From Nymphaea colorata (taxonomy: Eukaryota), in contig NC_045138.2 of NCBI RefSeq assembly GCF_008831285.2, forward strand, positions 11,098,001 through 11,162,000: a stretch of 64,000 nt of DNA, read 5' to 3'. Below, piece after piece: positions 1-14,152 of this stretch. Position 1 is the stretch's first letter. Every line of letters starts with the position of its first letter. The translations under genes and the position numbers were made by a program. The notes under the pieces were generated by a model. That model ran no database searches. It had not been told where the DNA came from and saw only the letters and a list, made by a program, of their open reading frames with translations.

Positions 1-3000
1 GTATATGGGTCTAATTGAGATAACATTGCATCACGATAATCTAATATCAAGTTATGTTTATATACTTTAGCCAAATGGCTTAATAGTAGCATAGATTCTT
101 TTTTAGGAAACTAAAGGTAAGGTTGCTCTACTTCTTCTTGGTCACCTATCAATATACCACAAATTACTACTCATGGTACTAACAATGGAGTTTTCCCACC
201 CAATGTGTGGTAAGACTTAGTATTGTACTACCGTTTAAGACCAAGCTCAGCAATATGATGACCGAGACAAATTAGGATAGAAAGATTTGAAATATGAGCA
301 AACATGCAAAGTCAGTTGTCTCTAATGTAATGTTGCCTAACATAGTAATTAAAAAATGATAGAAGAACATGCATGGTTTTTAATCAAGCCTTAAATTGAG
401 GACAGTTGTATTTTACCTTAGATCTAGGTGAACATGCTTGGTCTTCCTCACTTAGTCTTATATACAAGAAAGCAAACATAACCCCAAGTAATGTAATGAA
501 ATGCGATGACATTAAGGCCAAAGAAAGGGACATGCCTTAACATCGGCAAGGTGGGAGATGTTCAAGTTAGTAGAAATGCATTAGTAGTAATCATATCCAA
601 AGAATGATGGGTCCCATCATGGTCGTCATCTGTTTGCATCTTCAAAATTTATTTTAATTTTTGAAGTACTTTAGAAATATAAGATTTTGTTTTTGAAATA
701 AGAGAGAAAGAGGCTTGCCCGTCGATACGAGGATTGACTATTCCCGGCCCCTTTACTAGGAGTAACCAATCCAAGGGCTATGCTTAATCTTGATGCATTT
801 CATTTATACACATCTTCTTTATTCTAAATGCAGTGTAGTGTTTGGAAAATATTGAAGATTTGATGTTTCAAATTTTTGGATGACAAGATTTTGAATGATT
901 ATTTGGGAGTATAAACCATTTTGATTTGAGAGATTTTTGAATTGAAAATTTTTTTTGCGAATATCATTTGAAAACCTTTGGAAGATAATATAGATATTTC
1001 AAAGATTACTTTTCGAAATCGATTAAGTATTCTCTAACGAACTTAAGTAGGTTTAAGATTTTGCTCTAATTCAGCTACTCCATAGGGCAGAGCTCAATTT
1101 CATCTTGCTTGAGTTCTTTTAGAGATGTGTTTGTAATCATTCATGAATTCCACAAGTGAATGTGAATGCATGAATACATTTGTTCTATTGATTGAAAGCA
1201 AATTATACATTCCTACCATATCATTCATCTAAAGATACCTCTATCGTCACATATATCTATATTTATTTACATGTTTGTCTTAAATATTGTCATAAATTAA
1301 AAAAAAAAAGTTGAAAGTAAAATAGGGTTGTAGACCATCAAGCATGATTCTAATATTGGGTCATTACTTGAGTTTTGGTCTTAGTAAAATCAATAAATGA
1401 AAATTAAAAACTTAGATCTTGATAAAGAAATATTTGAAAGAATGGAAGAAAGAAAAAGAAATCTTAAGCCAAGAGGAACAGGAAGGAAGAGAATGGCAAA
1501 GAGATTTTGAAAATGAAGAAAGAGAAATTTTAAAGACAAAGAGAGAGATGTATATGTGTGTGTATATATATATAGGTGTATAAACATGCGTATATGAAAA
1601 TTTATAAAATGAGGATCTTAAATCTAAGAGAAAGAAAGAGAGAGAAGAAAGAGAATTTAGAAAGAGATAGAGAAATATATATACATGTACATTCTAACAA
1701 TCATACATGGATATGAAAGTTTATAAAAAGAAGGTATTACTCAAAGAGAGAGAAAGAAGATTATAGAGAGAGAAACTGGAATGCCCATATATTATTTATT
1801 TATATGTATATGTATATAAAAATTTATAAATGAACATGTTAAATCATAGAGAGATGAAGGTAAGGATAGGTATTCATGTGCATGTATACACATATACATG
1901 TACATATGCCTATGCATTTATGGAAAAATTAAAAACAAGAGGTAACTTAAAGCATATTCAACTTTGATTTTTTTTTTTGTAGGCCGGAGAGGAACTTGGG
2001 CCCATGCAAGAACCTAGACTAAGTCTCTAAGGCCTCGTTAAAGAGGGTTCTTATTTTCAAATTTTTTTTGAAAACATAATGCCAAATATTTTTCATATAG
2101 ACATAAAACAATAATCACTTCATCTATTACAAGGAAATTTATTTCTCTCACCATTGGGTATGGAAGAAAATTAAGCACATATGAAATGGAAAGCAACATA
2201 AGAAAGCTCACATTGGGTTGGTAACCGAAAGAAATGTTAAACGTAAGAATGTCATAAAGATGGACTTTAACATGTATACATTTGTGAGAGGTTTTCTTGG
2301 GTTGGACAAATCGAAACCTCAGAAATCAATATAATATCAAAGAAATCATAATTCAAGCACTCATTCTTACTGTTCATTCATATATCAATAAGAAAAAACA
2401 GCCTATTATCAATGAACATCATCTCAAACATGAACAATGCACACATTTAATGAGCAATGAGATGAAAGAAGCATATCTTGAAAATAAATAGAGAAATAAA
2501 ATTGATTTCACCTTAGTCGTACTATCGGTGCACTCAAGAGTCGCTCTTGACTTCGGATAGGAGATCTTTTGAGCTCTTCTACATGGCTATAGAGAGATCG
2601 CAAAGGAAAATGGAAAGAAATAAAATGGGAGGATGACTAGATACCTCTAATGAAGGTGATTTTAGAAAATGAACCTCCTTCTCTAGATGATCCTAGGGTT
2701 TCTTCAAGTGAAGCTCCAAGATGTCGAGGATGTCTCTCCATGAGGTCTCCTTGTGCTCCCTTGAAGAATGAAAGTTGGAGAAGCTTGTTCCTTAGGTTGA
2801 AATTGAAGAAGAAAGGAAGATGAAAGAAATGGAGAGGAGTCTTCAAATGAGAAAGCCCTAGAGGTTTCCAAAGACTTAGCTCATGCCCAAGAGATAAAAT
2901 TTTGGGGGTATTTATAGTGAGTTTTGGAGCCAAAACTCAAATTTTGAATTTTTTTTAAATTTAACAACATTTTTTTACGAATTTCAAGTACTTTTGAATA

Positions 3001-6000
3001 ATTAAAAAAAATAATAGGTTTTGACCAAATGATATTAGCCCTTAGCCTTGCAAACACCCCTTGGCCGGTTTTTAACCTAAAAATAGACCTACGCAGTGCG
3101 TAGGCCCTACCTCGGCACGTGCAGCCATGATTGGCCATGTGCCCCTGTGCTGCCAAGTGACAACACCGGCTGCCTTGGCAAAAGTGCACAACTTCGCTGT
3201 GCACTGCTTGGCCAAGCACCAGGCAGCACATTGGGCATGCATGAGGGGGGGCAAAATGCTGCCCTTGTTGGTTTGTTTTGGACGAAGCACCACCCCCCCC
3301 CCCCCCCCCCCAGCCTCCAAGGGATCCCACACATAAAAATAAAACATAAAAATTATTTTTTAAAACAAATATTTTAAAGGGCAAAATAGTCTTTTGTTAC
3401 ACATGGGGCCGACTTCATTTTGAGTGATTATGGGCTCATTTTAAATCTGGATCGGGTTTTGTTTGGTCGCCAATGTGTTATAGTCAACTCCCAAGGCTCA
3501 GATCAAGGATTGGATAAGTAGTTTAGGCTCAAAGCATATTTTTGGCACAAAACTGAAACGCAAAACAAAGGGAAGGCCTGTGCATGCGTGTGCAGCACTT
3601 GATAGTATCGAAATTTTGTTATTTTGGCTTCAACTTTAGATTTTGAGTTAAAATTCTTGATTTGGATCCAAAATTTGCCTTTGGGTTTAATTTGGATCTG
3701 AGAGTGGCATTATGGGTCCGTTTTCCTAGTTTGGACTTAATTTCGTTCATGGGGGTTCAATTATGAACTTTGGCTTCGTATTTCGGATCAAGGTGTGTGT
3801 TTTAGATCTGGGACTTAGATTTGGATCTAAGTCTTAGTCTAACATTGAATTTTGGATTTAATTATTGCATTTGGACTCAGATATGGACTTAGGGATCTAT
3901 ATTGGATCTAGTGGTCGTGAATCGGACTTGGTATGGATATAGAAGTTTGTCTTGGGTCTAGGGTCGACATTTGAATTTGAGTGTGGATGTAGAAATCCGT
4001 TTTGAGTTGAGCTTGGGCTCTGGGTCCAAATTAGATCCAAGTCGTTGTACAAATGGTTGAAATAACTCAGAATCATATTTGAGTGAAATGGAATACAGTC
4101 TTTTAAAAAAAAATTGGGATGATAACAGTAGTTTGATGTCAAAGGGCCATATGTGAGGAACCATGCATCTTTTCCTTTGACATGGAAAAGGCTTTTCTGC
4201 AAGTGCCTATAGCAAGGCATGTTTTAGAGTTCTTGCATGTGATACTAATATTATCATAGCCTTCCATTTAGTTTTACTTCATAATTGAATAGTGAATCCC
4301 TTCATATATGTGTTTCATTTGCATGGTGACAAACCCAACCTTAGTTGTGACCAACATTGTATGACACCCTAGAAATATTTTATTCTACAATGAGTAACCT
4401 TAATTTAACCCAACTTTGTAAGCCATAGCTCCTAGTTTAAGGAAGTTTTTTGAGTTCTATAAAAAAGGTTTCTAATACCTCTATATCAAATTTGGGCCTA
4501 AACCAAGTCCTTTAAGCCCTTCATTCGACCCTCCATCAGAACTTGTTTTCTGCAATAAAGAAACTCAGTAGAAACAGACCTGACATTGAAGCAAATCCTA
4601 GAATCTATAACTCTCTGCGTAGACCTTAGATTTTTGCATATAATGGCTTGTTGAAATCCCTACATGTCCTCTGTCTTTTCCTAAATTTTCATTAAAACCC
4701 AAACTTTCTATGTATCCCAAACAGGCTGCATATTACAGAGTGTTTTCTACATATTTCTACAGAAATCTTTACAAAACCCTAATTCTTAGCTTATATTTTA
4801 AACCTTATAGCTCCTTATCCAAAACAAATAAGAGGTTTGAAAGGTTAGGAAGTCCACTTTCCAATGCCACTAATTTTATGATAATCTGAGTTCGTTTGAT
4901 TCATTTATTAGACCTAGCACCTGAAATGATGCAGCCTATTTTCTGCAAAATATTAAATTTCAGGATTCTTAAAATCCAATAGTGACTTCTTGGTTCCCTC
5001 TCTTTCACTCTCAGACTCAGATTTGGATTTCATCATTTTTTAATTAATTTTAGGATGTGTCTCGGGTCTTCTCCCAAAGTTTCACCTTGTTCGAACTAGA
5101 ATTGAGCAACCGTAACTTGTGGGGAAATTAAGTTTGCTTCATCACATTGCGGGACTAGTTCATTTCTCACTGTTCTGGTGTATCATAAGGCGCCAGTCAT
5201 GGCAAATCTATACCATCAAAGTGATCATGCAAGGCATACATCATTGATTGATTGTTTGTGCCTTGTTAGGCACTTCCTATATAAATACTCTGTCTAGTAT
5301 TTTATAAGGTATTTCTTCATATATTCAATACCGTACACATCACATGGAATATATTTGAACCATGTATTAACACACACTTTAATGTAGGATCACATTAGGC
5401 ACAATGCACCTCCAAACAAGAAACTAAGGCAGATGAATCCAACAATTCATGTCATGTATCTGGAGGTGTGGCATGAGACGAACTATTTTTTCTTGGTTTT
5501 CCTAGCAAACATACATTCGTTCTTAAGTACAAAGGCATGAAAACATAAGATTTCAAAATCCACTTTTAAGATGTGCAAAACCCCAGGTCTTGGCCAAAGT
5601 TTATGTTGGACTTTCTATTCCAAGGTTTGGCGACACCAAACATTCAAAGCTATTTTGTTCCCATGTTTCTCTCTTTTGATCCAATTTAAAAGAAGCCATC
5701 CAACTAATTCTGATTTCCTTTGGTTTGTATTGCTTTTGTATACAAAACAAATTTCAAAATTCTCACAAAACTTACATTTGAAATCAAGAATTTAGAATCT
5801 AATTAAGATTTGAAAACCCACTTAAGTTTTCCCTTTAGATTTCACCCTAAATCTGAACTTAAACTAAAACAAGAATTTCAATGATCTTACATTTGAGATG
5901 TGATCCAATTTTAGCATCTTGATTGATTATTGTAAACCTAGGTCAAATTTAATTTAAGTTGATTTCAAACCTTGTTGATTTACTAAAGTCATGCATCATA

Positions 6001-6720
6001 TGGACCTAAATTACATACAAAAATAGACCCAATGTTGAAGGGTTTTCAATGGTTATCCACGCATTTCTAAAGCATCGAGGGTAAGATTAGGAGATTTGAA
6101 TAATGCATTTTCCAAAACTTAGTCAGTTTGCCTCATATTCTAAATATGCCTATTTCAAAATCAATTCATATAGGTGTTGTTTATATCCAAATATTTAGTA
6201 ATCATAAGATATATGTTCAACCTTTAGTTTCGTTACCCTTGGTAAAGGTACTAAGAATAGTTAGAGCGTTTTATTGATAGGTCAGATCTTATCTCTCCTC
6301 TTTCTCTAAAAATTCTTAAATGCTAGCGAGCCATTCTTTTAAAATCACTTATTTTTTTATGATCAAACTTTTCACATATAAGCAACCATAGATATCAACA
6401 TGCTCCCTAACAACTTTGGTTTCAGTCCTAAAAAAACTGGGAACTAGCACAATCAATAACTTACTAACCTCCACTTATATGTCCATCAAAATTCTTTATA
6501 ATATTAGATACTGGACTAAAGCTTTGGAATGTTACAATTCACTCTCCTTAAAGCACATGTGTTCGCATGTACCCAATTAGCATATTTTAGTCCACCCCTT
6601 AACAATTTCGGTTTCAAAAAGGCTAAGAACTAGAACAACCAATCACTTAACAATCCTCCTTTATAAGTCTCTCTAAATTCTTTACAATCTTAAATACGAG
6701 ACTTCACTTTTAGGGTATTA
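1..6720 (-). mobile_element. Degenerate repeat-derived region, probably LTR/non-coding remnants of Gypsy-type retrotransposons
   Basis: No coding signal. LTR-style promoter on the minus strand (CTATAAATACCCC, 2904-2917) next to a GC-rich patch (3060-3330). Motifs resembling Gypsy LTR termini: TATGACACCC (~4360), GGAATGTTACA (~6526-6537), GGGTATTATA (~6712-6722). No TSD found; boundaries uncertain. Confidence 0.35.
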
Positions 6721-6722
6721 TA
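6408..6722. repeat. Diverged direct repeat, two ~125-bp copies (about 6408-6537 and 6600-6722), each ending in an LTR-terminus-like motif
   Basis: AACAACTTTGGTTTCAG...GGAATGTTACA aligns by eye with AACAATTTCGGTTTCAA...GGGTATTATA. Confidence 0.55.
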
Positions 6723-7899
6723 AAGTAAACACATATAAAACTATGTTCTATGACAATAAAAAAAATAGTTAAAGTAACTTTATTTTGTCTCACTATAGTA
6801 CATTATACTGTGTTTATATTGTGTTTATTAATTTAAAGTCACATTTTGTTTTCTTAAAAACACACTAGCAACCTATAGTTGTCTTCTCTTTTAAGTAGTT
6901 CTATGTGTTTTCTTGTTTGATCTTATGGAGAGATTCAAATTTTTTCATGCATGACAAAGGACTACTTACATGAATCAACACAATTCTTTGCTTTTGAAGT
7001 ACGATAAAGGTTCCCATTTACCAAAAGCAAAGCAACCATATTAGCATATATATACCATTTTGAGTTCTAATATCTTTCATTTGCTTGTGTTTCGCAATAT
7101 TGAATTCATGTATTTGCTCAAGATGTTGAGAAAATTTTTCTTCATCATGATGGGAAACTGCAATGAAGGTGCATGTGAGGAACTTGATAACTGACATTGG
7201 TTGAAAAACCAACTTCAAAATTTTAAAATTTTAGTTATTGTTTTTGGAATTTTGTTTGCATCGCCACTTAGTAAAAAATTCACTCATATTGGATTTGATA
7301 AAGATTATTCATCAAAAATTGTATTAATAAATGTTAGATATTCACAATAATCACATCAAAACCTATATCCATTTTTGTCAGATGTATAACCAAGAAAAAT
7401 ACACTTTTTGGCTATATGTTCAAGTTTAGATTGGTCAATATGAGTATATGTAGGGAAACTAAATGTTTTTAAATCGGAATAATCAATACAAGAACTGGAT
7501 AATACCTCTTCAAGTGTTGCATTCAATTGAAGCATTGGAAGACCAATTTAGTAGACAGCAAGTCATACAGATTTCTTATGTTCAAAATTTTTAAGAAACT
7601 CTACATTATATAACATAAAATAAGTATTTCTCAACAATGTTACATTCATATGCACCACACCCATATCCTATTGAGGTGTGTTAATAATAATGTGTTGAAT
7701 ATCAATACCTTCTCCTCTAAATAGTCAATGAGCTATATTGTTGTAAATTTGATCTCATTATTAATACAAAATCTTTTAATTTATTTCCTTATTTTTCTTT
7801 CAATTAAGATCTTTCATCTCTTAAAATTACAAACACTCACTTTTGTATTTCAAAAAATAAATTCAAACTTTCATTGATTTGTCATTAATAAAATGATCA

Positions 7900-8420
7900 T
7901 ATAACATGCACCATCTTTAAAAGTTACTTGTGCAGGACCCCACATGTAATCCAGATGTCTTTTGTTCTAAACACAATAATGCTAAAACTAACTCAATTAG
8001 CTTTGCCAAATCATTGCCATGTTCATAAAAGTCATCCTATTTGTGTTCTAACTGATAAAGAAAACCACTCTTACTCAAAATAGTGAACCCTCTTTCACTT
8101 ATATGCTCAAGCCTTATGTGCAGAATATAATGGTGCTTGATTTCAACATAGAAGATATGGCAATCAAACATGTCCCCATGAAACCCTTCGAAATAAATTA
8201 TCCTTCATAACAATAGTGACATTTTTGTTGACTTCTATAGCTTTACTTTTAGCTGATTACCTTTAACACTTTTCATTAAGGGCACCCAAAGAAATAAGAT
8301 TCTTCCTTAAATTATAGACGTGTATCACATTTATCAATGTCCCAATTGCACCATCATGCTTCTTAATACGTACAGTACTCTTGCAACAATTTTGCAAGAT
8401 GCATTATTATCCAACAAGAT
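7900..8420 (-). pseudogene. Highly degenerate Ty1/copia (Tnt1/Tork-like) pol fragment, pre-integrase/integrase N-terminal region
   Basis: Minus-strand translation gives STVRIKKHDGAIGTLINVIHVYNLRKNLISLGA (cf. GTVRIKMHDG..LKKNLISLG), ILHIRLEHISERG (cf. LWHxRLGHMSERG) and a WGPA motif near 7930-7945. Confidence 0.65.
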
Positions 8421-9918
8421 AAAACCACTTTCAACAAGTTCATAAGTGAAAAACCATGCTCCATAAGCGTATTTGTGTAAGAAACAACCAGAAACAATAA
8501 TTCATTCATTTTAGAACCATATTCGTCTGCTGCACCAAAGGCATCAACATCATCATCACTTTATACAAATGTTTGCCGCTTGATTTGAATCTAAATTTGT
8601 TCATTTTATCTTTCACATATAGCTGTTCTGGTATCTTAATCAAGCAAACAGTTCAATCATTGTTGTCACCAACAATCAATTCTTTTGACTTTTATGGTAA
8701 TTGACATAAAAGTACCTTTTTATCTTATAAAGGGAAAGCACATAAATACCTCAAAATGCCTCAATACCAAAGACGGAACTTTTGCCCGAAAAGGAAAATA
8801 AATAGGATTTCTTCTCTTCCACATCTTTCCAGAAGAATCTCTCAAAATGAGTTTACTACATAAATGGAAGATTCCCTTTTTTTCTCTATTTTTTCATTCC
8901 CCACATAAAACCTCAAATGTAAAAATCAATCGTCTTTTAATTACAAGGCACACGTGCCAGAGTTTAGGTACTAATGCTTAGAGAATCTCAGAAGAGTGAA
9001 CAAAAATATTTTACAAAAAAAGAAAGAGTTATCCGTGTGCAATTATAATTGACAGAAGTCAAAATTAATTTTCTTTATATGTGAATATAACATGAAATAC
9101 ATCCGACATGTTTTACTTGAATTTGTGGCTAGATACAATAAAGCCTTTATGATGTTCATCTCTTTAAAACTAATACTTGGGTTTGTATCGCCGGATTGGA
9201 CAGATTTATTGAAGCCATACGAATTTGGACAGAACTTGCCACCCCATACGGTAGCCATAAATGAATCAATTCCCTCTCTAGCAGTGAAAATTGGGTGCCA
9301 GAGTAGGAATGCAGCAAGCTCAAGGGCCTTGCATCAATCTAACCAGTAACAAATACATCAGTTAAATCTATAATTTGTTGGGCCTTTGACGGTGAAAGAA
9401 GCTGCGTTATGATTGGCAAGCTTTTTATCGCGATTATTTAGAATGCGTGGAATTGTGTGAAATTCATGGATCAGCTGGCATCAATTACAGAAAGCAACCA
9501 AAACAAGGAACAACTTTGCCCTTTTTTTCCTTTCCCGATTCTTTAAGGATACCAAGAATTTACTTTTTAACTTCATGGAAACATTTGCTGAGCTCGTCTT
9601 TACATGCATCCATCCGCATATTGTCACATAACCTCCTGCTAGGCAGACGCCATAAACTTCGATCAGCAACTCATTTAATACGTAATTGCTTTTCTTGCAC
9701 AAGCGGTGCCACTAATTTTGACAAGCATGCAATCGTGCATGCTTGCACACACACACGCACTAGAGAAAGAGAGTGTGTGAGTGGGTGAGTGAGTTAATCA
9801 CTGCGTTGCATCTTTTTCCGTACCTGTTAGAATAACTATCATTCCACTGATTCATGACCCAGTGGTGGGAAAGAAATGGTGATGAGCTATAAGAAGTTTA
9901 CTGAAGTTGGCCACGTCA

Positions 9919-10190
9919 TCACAGCCTCACCTTTCCGGAGGTACCTGTCGGTTCCCTGTACTTCTTCACAATTGCTTCAAGAATCCCATCTGAACCAAAG
10001 TTTCCTGAGAACAGTCTGGGGTCTACAGGGCCAGGCAGGTAGAATGAAATACTAAACGGACCTGGTGGGCATAAATGTTGTGTTTTCATGTGAAATACCC
10101 GTGAATTTCTCATAACGGTACTTTCCCCTGTTGACGTCACACCCCTAATGACAACTTTCCCATCATACTCAATCTCACAACTGAATTGAC
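9919..10190 (-). CDS. IDM2/IDM3-like: IDM2/IDM3-like ACD protein, last coding exon (C-terminal part of the alpha-crystallin domain)
   Basis: [22 protein letters not shown]...[41 protein letters not shown] is a class-typical ACD. Acceptor TTTGCAG|GT at 10191; phase 1 matches the upstream donor; stop at 9919-9921. Confidence 0.92.
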
Positions 10191-11473
10191 CTGCAAACAT
10201 GATAATATCACGGTCACAACTCAATCTAATAGACTAAAGAGCATTCTTACAAAGAAAAATATTAAATCCAACAGCAACATTAGTTGCAAACTTTTTGGAA
10301 TGCCTTGGAAAACAACTATGGTAACAAAAAGGAGTACATTCCTCCCAGTCCTCAGATGCTTCAAAGGCAAACACAAAATATATCAATCTATCAAGTACAG
10401 TAGTACTGCATCTGATGTTTAAGATTTCATTTTTCATTTGAAGAACAAACATAGAACGAAAGAACCACCAAGCTGACCGCTGTTTAGTCAGAGGAACTAA
10501 AAATGCCCCAGTATTTTTTTTTTCTTTTTTATTAATGAGGAACATAAGAATAAATTTTTGTCAACAAGGATAAATAAGTGGTTATAGATCCTATACAGGG
10601 AATTGGCATGCATTATGAAGCAAAAAGTGGATGAATCTAATCAGTGTGGTGGCTCTTTGTACTTTTGGCAGCATCTATACTTTCCTTTTATCAGAAATAC
10701 TAAAAGAAAGTTGATATCAGGAGAAGAATTTGCTGGACTTAGCAATATGGATAGCTGAACAACCAGATGCCAAAATTACTATTAATAATAACAAACAAAT
10801 GTTCAATAGCCAAGATAACTTGATCCACTATCAAGCAAAATCTGTTACCAACTTCCATCCCATGCAGCAAAGAATCAGATGAACAACATCCACTTTTACA
10901 ACAAATTACACGTTTTGCTGCAAGGCATCATTTTATATAAGCAACCTTCATTGCACTTTTCTTGCATGATGTCTGTATAGAATCATTTTTCTTGTTCTGA
11001 CACCCAAATTCAACTTCTAGGTTTCAGTTTTTCTTTTTTACTTTCCCTCTGGGCAGTTTAAGTATCAGGAATAAGAAGTAAATGAAAACACGGGTGAAAA
11101 AGGTCAACAAGATGGTTCCACAACAGCCTGATGTCCAAAGGATTTCATCTTATCCAAATCGATGTAGATGGAACTCTTCACTTTATTGTGGCCCATATGA
11201 CAGGCAAACTCCTGCTGTCAATTGAGAACACACAGCTAACTAGCTCAACTAACTGAAAGAGGTACATGGTTAGCTCTTGGTCTTTGGATGACACTACCCT
11301 TGGAATGATTTGGTAGTCTCTTCAAGATCTAAAGTCCATGAATTTTCCTTGTGTCAATGTACATTTTCAGCAGCATGCTTAAATTCTTGCCAGCTGGTTG
11401 AGACAGTTCAACCACAAATTCATGTACCAAATACTATTAACCTCATGCAATTTCAAGTCATTTGCGCCTTTAA

Positions 11474-11841
11474 CATTATCACAATATTGTGCTCAAGTTT
11501 TTATTCGCGAGGCACTCCAATATTAATCAAGAAGTTCCCTTTCCTTAAGAAAATCAAGGGAATTCAGAAACATTAAGTATTATATAGAAAATTTATTATG
11601 TTTCCTACGAATTTCCTCCAAAAACATTGATAAAAAATCCAAAATAGTTATTAAAATGTTAAATATCAAAATTTTAAAATATATTAAAGAATTTTGTGCC
11701 CGAACAACGGGATAAAGGTGCTACATTTTTTTTTTCGCAATCTTTTCAAATTATCATGATTTTTTCACATTTTCGTCAAGCTTCTTTGATTTTCCATTTT
11801 TAACACAATATTTTGAAAGAAAAAGCCAATATCTGACAATG
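11474..11841. mobile_element. Possible old hAT-type MITE in the coding-region intron of the IDM-like gene
   Basis: Imperfect TIRs CATTATCACAATATTG / CAATATCTGACAATG; flanks GCCTTTAA / GTCATTAA (6/8 match). Confidence 0.4.
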
Positions 11842-12773
11842 GTCATTAAAAAGGAAAGGGATTCACCCTACTCTATGCATGCAACTTTTGCCCAATACCT
11901 GCATTAAAAATCGGAAAGCTTCTTGTTTTTCAGCCAATTGTCTTTTCTGAATTGTGCCAGTTCAGGCAACAAAAGATTCAAAAGCAAGATATTTCAGAAC
12001 ATATTTTCAATACCCTTCAGATATCCTGACCCAGGAAACTAAATTCTCATCACAGTTTCTAAATGTAAATGCAGTCAGTAACAGAAGACAAGACGGCAGG
12101 ACATAGGTAACTATCGCTATACAACTAACCCATCCATTAAGACTGTGCCAATGCATACTATATAAAGCAACTGGTTATTTAAATTCATAAAAAATTAAAT
12201 AAAAATGGCCCTTTTAACATCCCAAAAGAGCATCAATTCTTCATTCAAATTGCAGTGTCGCACGATGTAAGATTGAAAATAGCATTAAAAAGGGAAACTT
12301 TTGGTACCATAAGAAAATTAGCTGAAAAGCATGTCATATCCATGGAGCAAACTACCACTATTAGCTGATGCAATTATGCTCATCACCATCTCACCATGAA
12401 AAATATAACATGAGATAGACTGATAGTGCAATTGACACACTTATCATTTAACATATATAGATCACGTATCTGTCCAATGAAAATCAATATCTTACATGGT
12501 GATTCATAGTTAGAAACACAAAGGTATTGCACTTCAACACCAAAAACATCAACATGATGGTGAGATCTATATAGTAAAGTTGGAGCATTATCGAACTTCA
12601 ACTGCACGAACATCAAAAGACAGGAAAATAGGCCATTTCACATTCAGCAAAAATACACAGAGAACGTGATGTATAGGGCACTGAAGCAGGAAAATGATAT
12701 CACAGAAGCAAATGAGAAATTATCTTAAAAAAAGGGAAATGGACAAAAAGGAACAGAAAGACAAGGTTCATAC

Positions 12774-13740
12774 GTGCATCTTTTTTGACACCAGGAAGAG
12801 CAATTCTAAAAAGGTATGCATCCTTGCTTGTGCCAATATCAACGAGTCCAACAGGTGGCCCAGCTCGTCCTTCCTTGGCTGTTCCTGTAAGAATGATAGA
12901 TGAATCGAAGTTCCAACTTTCTACACTGGGTGAAGAAGAAAGAAACAGGATAGATGGTCCAATAGGATGAGGAGACTGAACTGGCAGCTCTTCCTCATTG
13001 AAGGAGTCAACAGGAACATAATTAGCAAGATCAGTTCGAGGAGGTGGTGGGAGCTGCATCTGCAGGGCTACTCTAAGACGTCTTCTTTGGTTAGAAATTC
13101 TCCTTCTAGCAGCAGCAGCAGCATTTCCATTTGGAAGATCTTTTGGTGTCTCCATGACCATCGCATAATTGGGCATTTGTTGACTCTCATCCCTATCTGT
13201 CCTATAACCATGCCTATAGAGTTGTGCTTCTTCTCTGTCAATGTTCAGGTCATCCAATCCTGTTAGCCACTTAAACCTTTGAAGATCAGAAGGACTGATA
13301 TAAGATGTGGTTGGGCTATCAAAGAAAATTATTCCCTTGAAGATCTTGAAACTTCCCTTGTACCTTCCCTGTTTGTGAATATCTGGAGGAAACAAGGTCG
13401 TGAACTGCCGGTCATCATCAAGACTCTCAAGTACTGGTGGAGGAAGCCGTCCCTTAAAATATTGGTAGAGTGAATGCACCCTTAAGACAGCACTAGGATG
13501 TGCATTCCGTAGAACATAATAGTAAAGGCACTCAACATCAGAAAGCTTAAGAAAAGCTTCTCCCAAATCAGAAGAATAATAAGGAGGAAGTCCTTCAGCT
13601 ATTCGCTGGAATGCAGACCGCCTTGGAATATCAGTTTTGACATCAGGGCCAAGGTAAGTACCCATTATAAAGTTCAACAAGAAGCGCTGATCATTAACTG
13701 AAGCTTCAACCAGAGGTCGAGAGTTCTCAATAACATCCAT
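12774..13740 (-). CDS. IDM2/IDM3-like: IDM2/IDM3-like ACD protein (Increased DNA Methylation 2/3 family), first coding exon; spliced product 412 aa
   Basis: ATG at 13740 with an in-frame TAA upstream. N-terminal DQRFLLNFIMGTYLGPDV motif and ILTGTAKEGRAGPPVGLVDIGTSKDAYLFRIALPGV match my recollection of plant IDM2/IDM3 proteins. Donor GCAC|GTATGA at 12773. 967+272 nt = 413 codons including stop. IDM2 versus IDM3 orthology cannot be resolved by eye. Confidence 0.9.
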
Positions 13741-14152
13741 CTGTTGTCTACTCTGGTAAAATTTCACACCTTATTGGACTGTTACAGAAAATAGAGAGAC
13801 AAATCAAAAAAGAGAGGCAGTGAAGAAATTGGAAAAACAACCAAGTTATAACAAAACAGACACAAACATATAAATTGAAAAAATCAGTGTCGCGATGAAA
13901 GAGAAAACTAGAAAATGCTAAGAGTTCTATATACCCATGAGATGAACAGTTAAACATATTTATGTGAACTGAACTAAAGCATACAGAATGTAGCAACATA
14001 TAAATAACCATATCAAAATCCTGACTTGATTGTCTTCACAAATAACCTCACAATAAGACAAGTGCACAAATGCACAATCAACAAAATAACACAAATAATT
14101 TCAAGCAGGTTAACCACTCAGGCACAAAGCATAAACATGAAACTGTTACAGG

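Noticed and set aside
2881..3384. Several overlapping ORFs around a poly-C tract
   Set aside because: Open in many frames because of high local GC; no recognisable domain.
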